64,000 bases of DNA, from contig OY970149.1 of the NCBI GenBank assembly GCA_963706095.1, positions 832,173 to 896,172 on the forward strand, written 5' to 3'. Within the stretch, counting starts at the first letter, position 1, and each line of letters begins with the position of its first letter. A program made the translations under genes and the position numbers. This document shows positions 63,851-64,000 of this stretch, in pieces. The notes under the pieces are model-generated. The model did not search any database and was not told where the DNA came from. It saw nothing but the letters and a program-made list of their open reading frames with translations. The stretch comes from an uncultured Chloroflexia bacterium (GTDB lineage Bacteria > Chloroflexota > Limnocylindria > Limnocylindrales > CSP1-4).

Positions 63851-64000
63851 GACCTGCCTCCCTGCATCATCCGTCTGCTCCACGGCCAATCCCGAGCGGC
63901 GAATGACAGGCTCATGGTCGGCACGGCGCAGATCGGTCTGGCGCTCGACACGCCTGTTTTGGTTGCAGCGACGTGACACCGAAGCGGTCGCCTGGTGCGC

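Overview
High-GC (roughly two-thirds G+C by eye) bacterial chromosomal window, densely coded on both strands. I found no rRNA, tRNA, CRISPR array, transposase, integrase or phage gene. All similarity calls come from motifs I recognise by eye, since no searches were run.

The gene content suggests an F420-using Chloroflexota- or Actinomycetota-like organism: cofD/cofC/cofE with several LLM/PPOX F420-type enzymes, SenX3-RegX3-like two-component system, many lipobox lipoproteins.

Main blocks:
- 0-3.4 kb: OpuC-type compatible-solute ABC importer.
- 3.5-9.7 kb: F420 island.
- 9.7-13 kb: trxB and a membrane-embedded spermidine-synthase-like protein.
- 14-16 kb: ABC exporter.
- 16.5-18.4 kb: two tandem secreted lysyl-oxidase-like paralogs.
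- 18.4-23.5 kb: citrate synthase, pncA, then a zur-zupT-ABC-2 operon.
- 24.5-30.8 kb: long minus-strand operon (ALDH, cupin, catalytic-domain-less ALDH-like, PAP2, GH13 TreS-like, LLM).
- 30.8-35.6 kb: translationally coupled orphan operon (methyltransferase, FAD oxidoreductase, Nudix, SRPBCC, FabF-like ketosynthase, GNAT).
- 38.3-53.5 kb: phosphate/polyphosphate supercluster (ppx, DUF971, ppk1, CYTH-CHAD, pstSCAB-phoU-arsC, SixA-like, senX3-regX3-like).
- 54-64 kb: housekeeping and other genes (gltX, J-domain membrane protein, asparaginase II, upp, K+ channel, MetE-like, GH43).

Most interesting signals:
1. A 16-nt palindrome GTGACC-N4-GGTCAC occurs three times: abutting the start of a Cys-free ArsR-family gene, at the head of the orphan ketosynthase operon, and inside it. 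This suggests a dedicated regulator-operon pair.
2. The orphan operon itself is a candidate undescribed small-molecule or lipid pathway.
3. The tandem bacterial lysyl-oxidase homologs.
4. There are about 46 inferred frame changes. About 40 are +1 (one extra base). They are concentrated in a subset of conserved genes, above all ppk1 and pstSCAB, while neighbouring genes are intact. I read this as consensus or assembly error rather than real gene decay, and it must be settled before any physiological inference.
5. Phased 11-nt direct-repeat arrays upstream of pstS resemble PHO boxes.

Caveat: gene coordinates follow the ORF track. Short-motif coordinates were read off the printed sequence and may be off by 1-2 nt.
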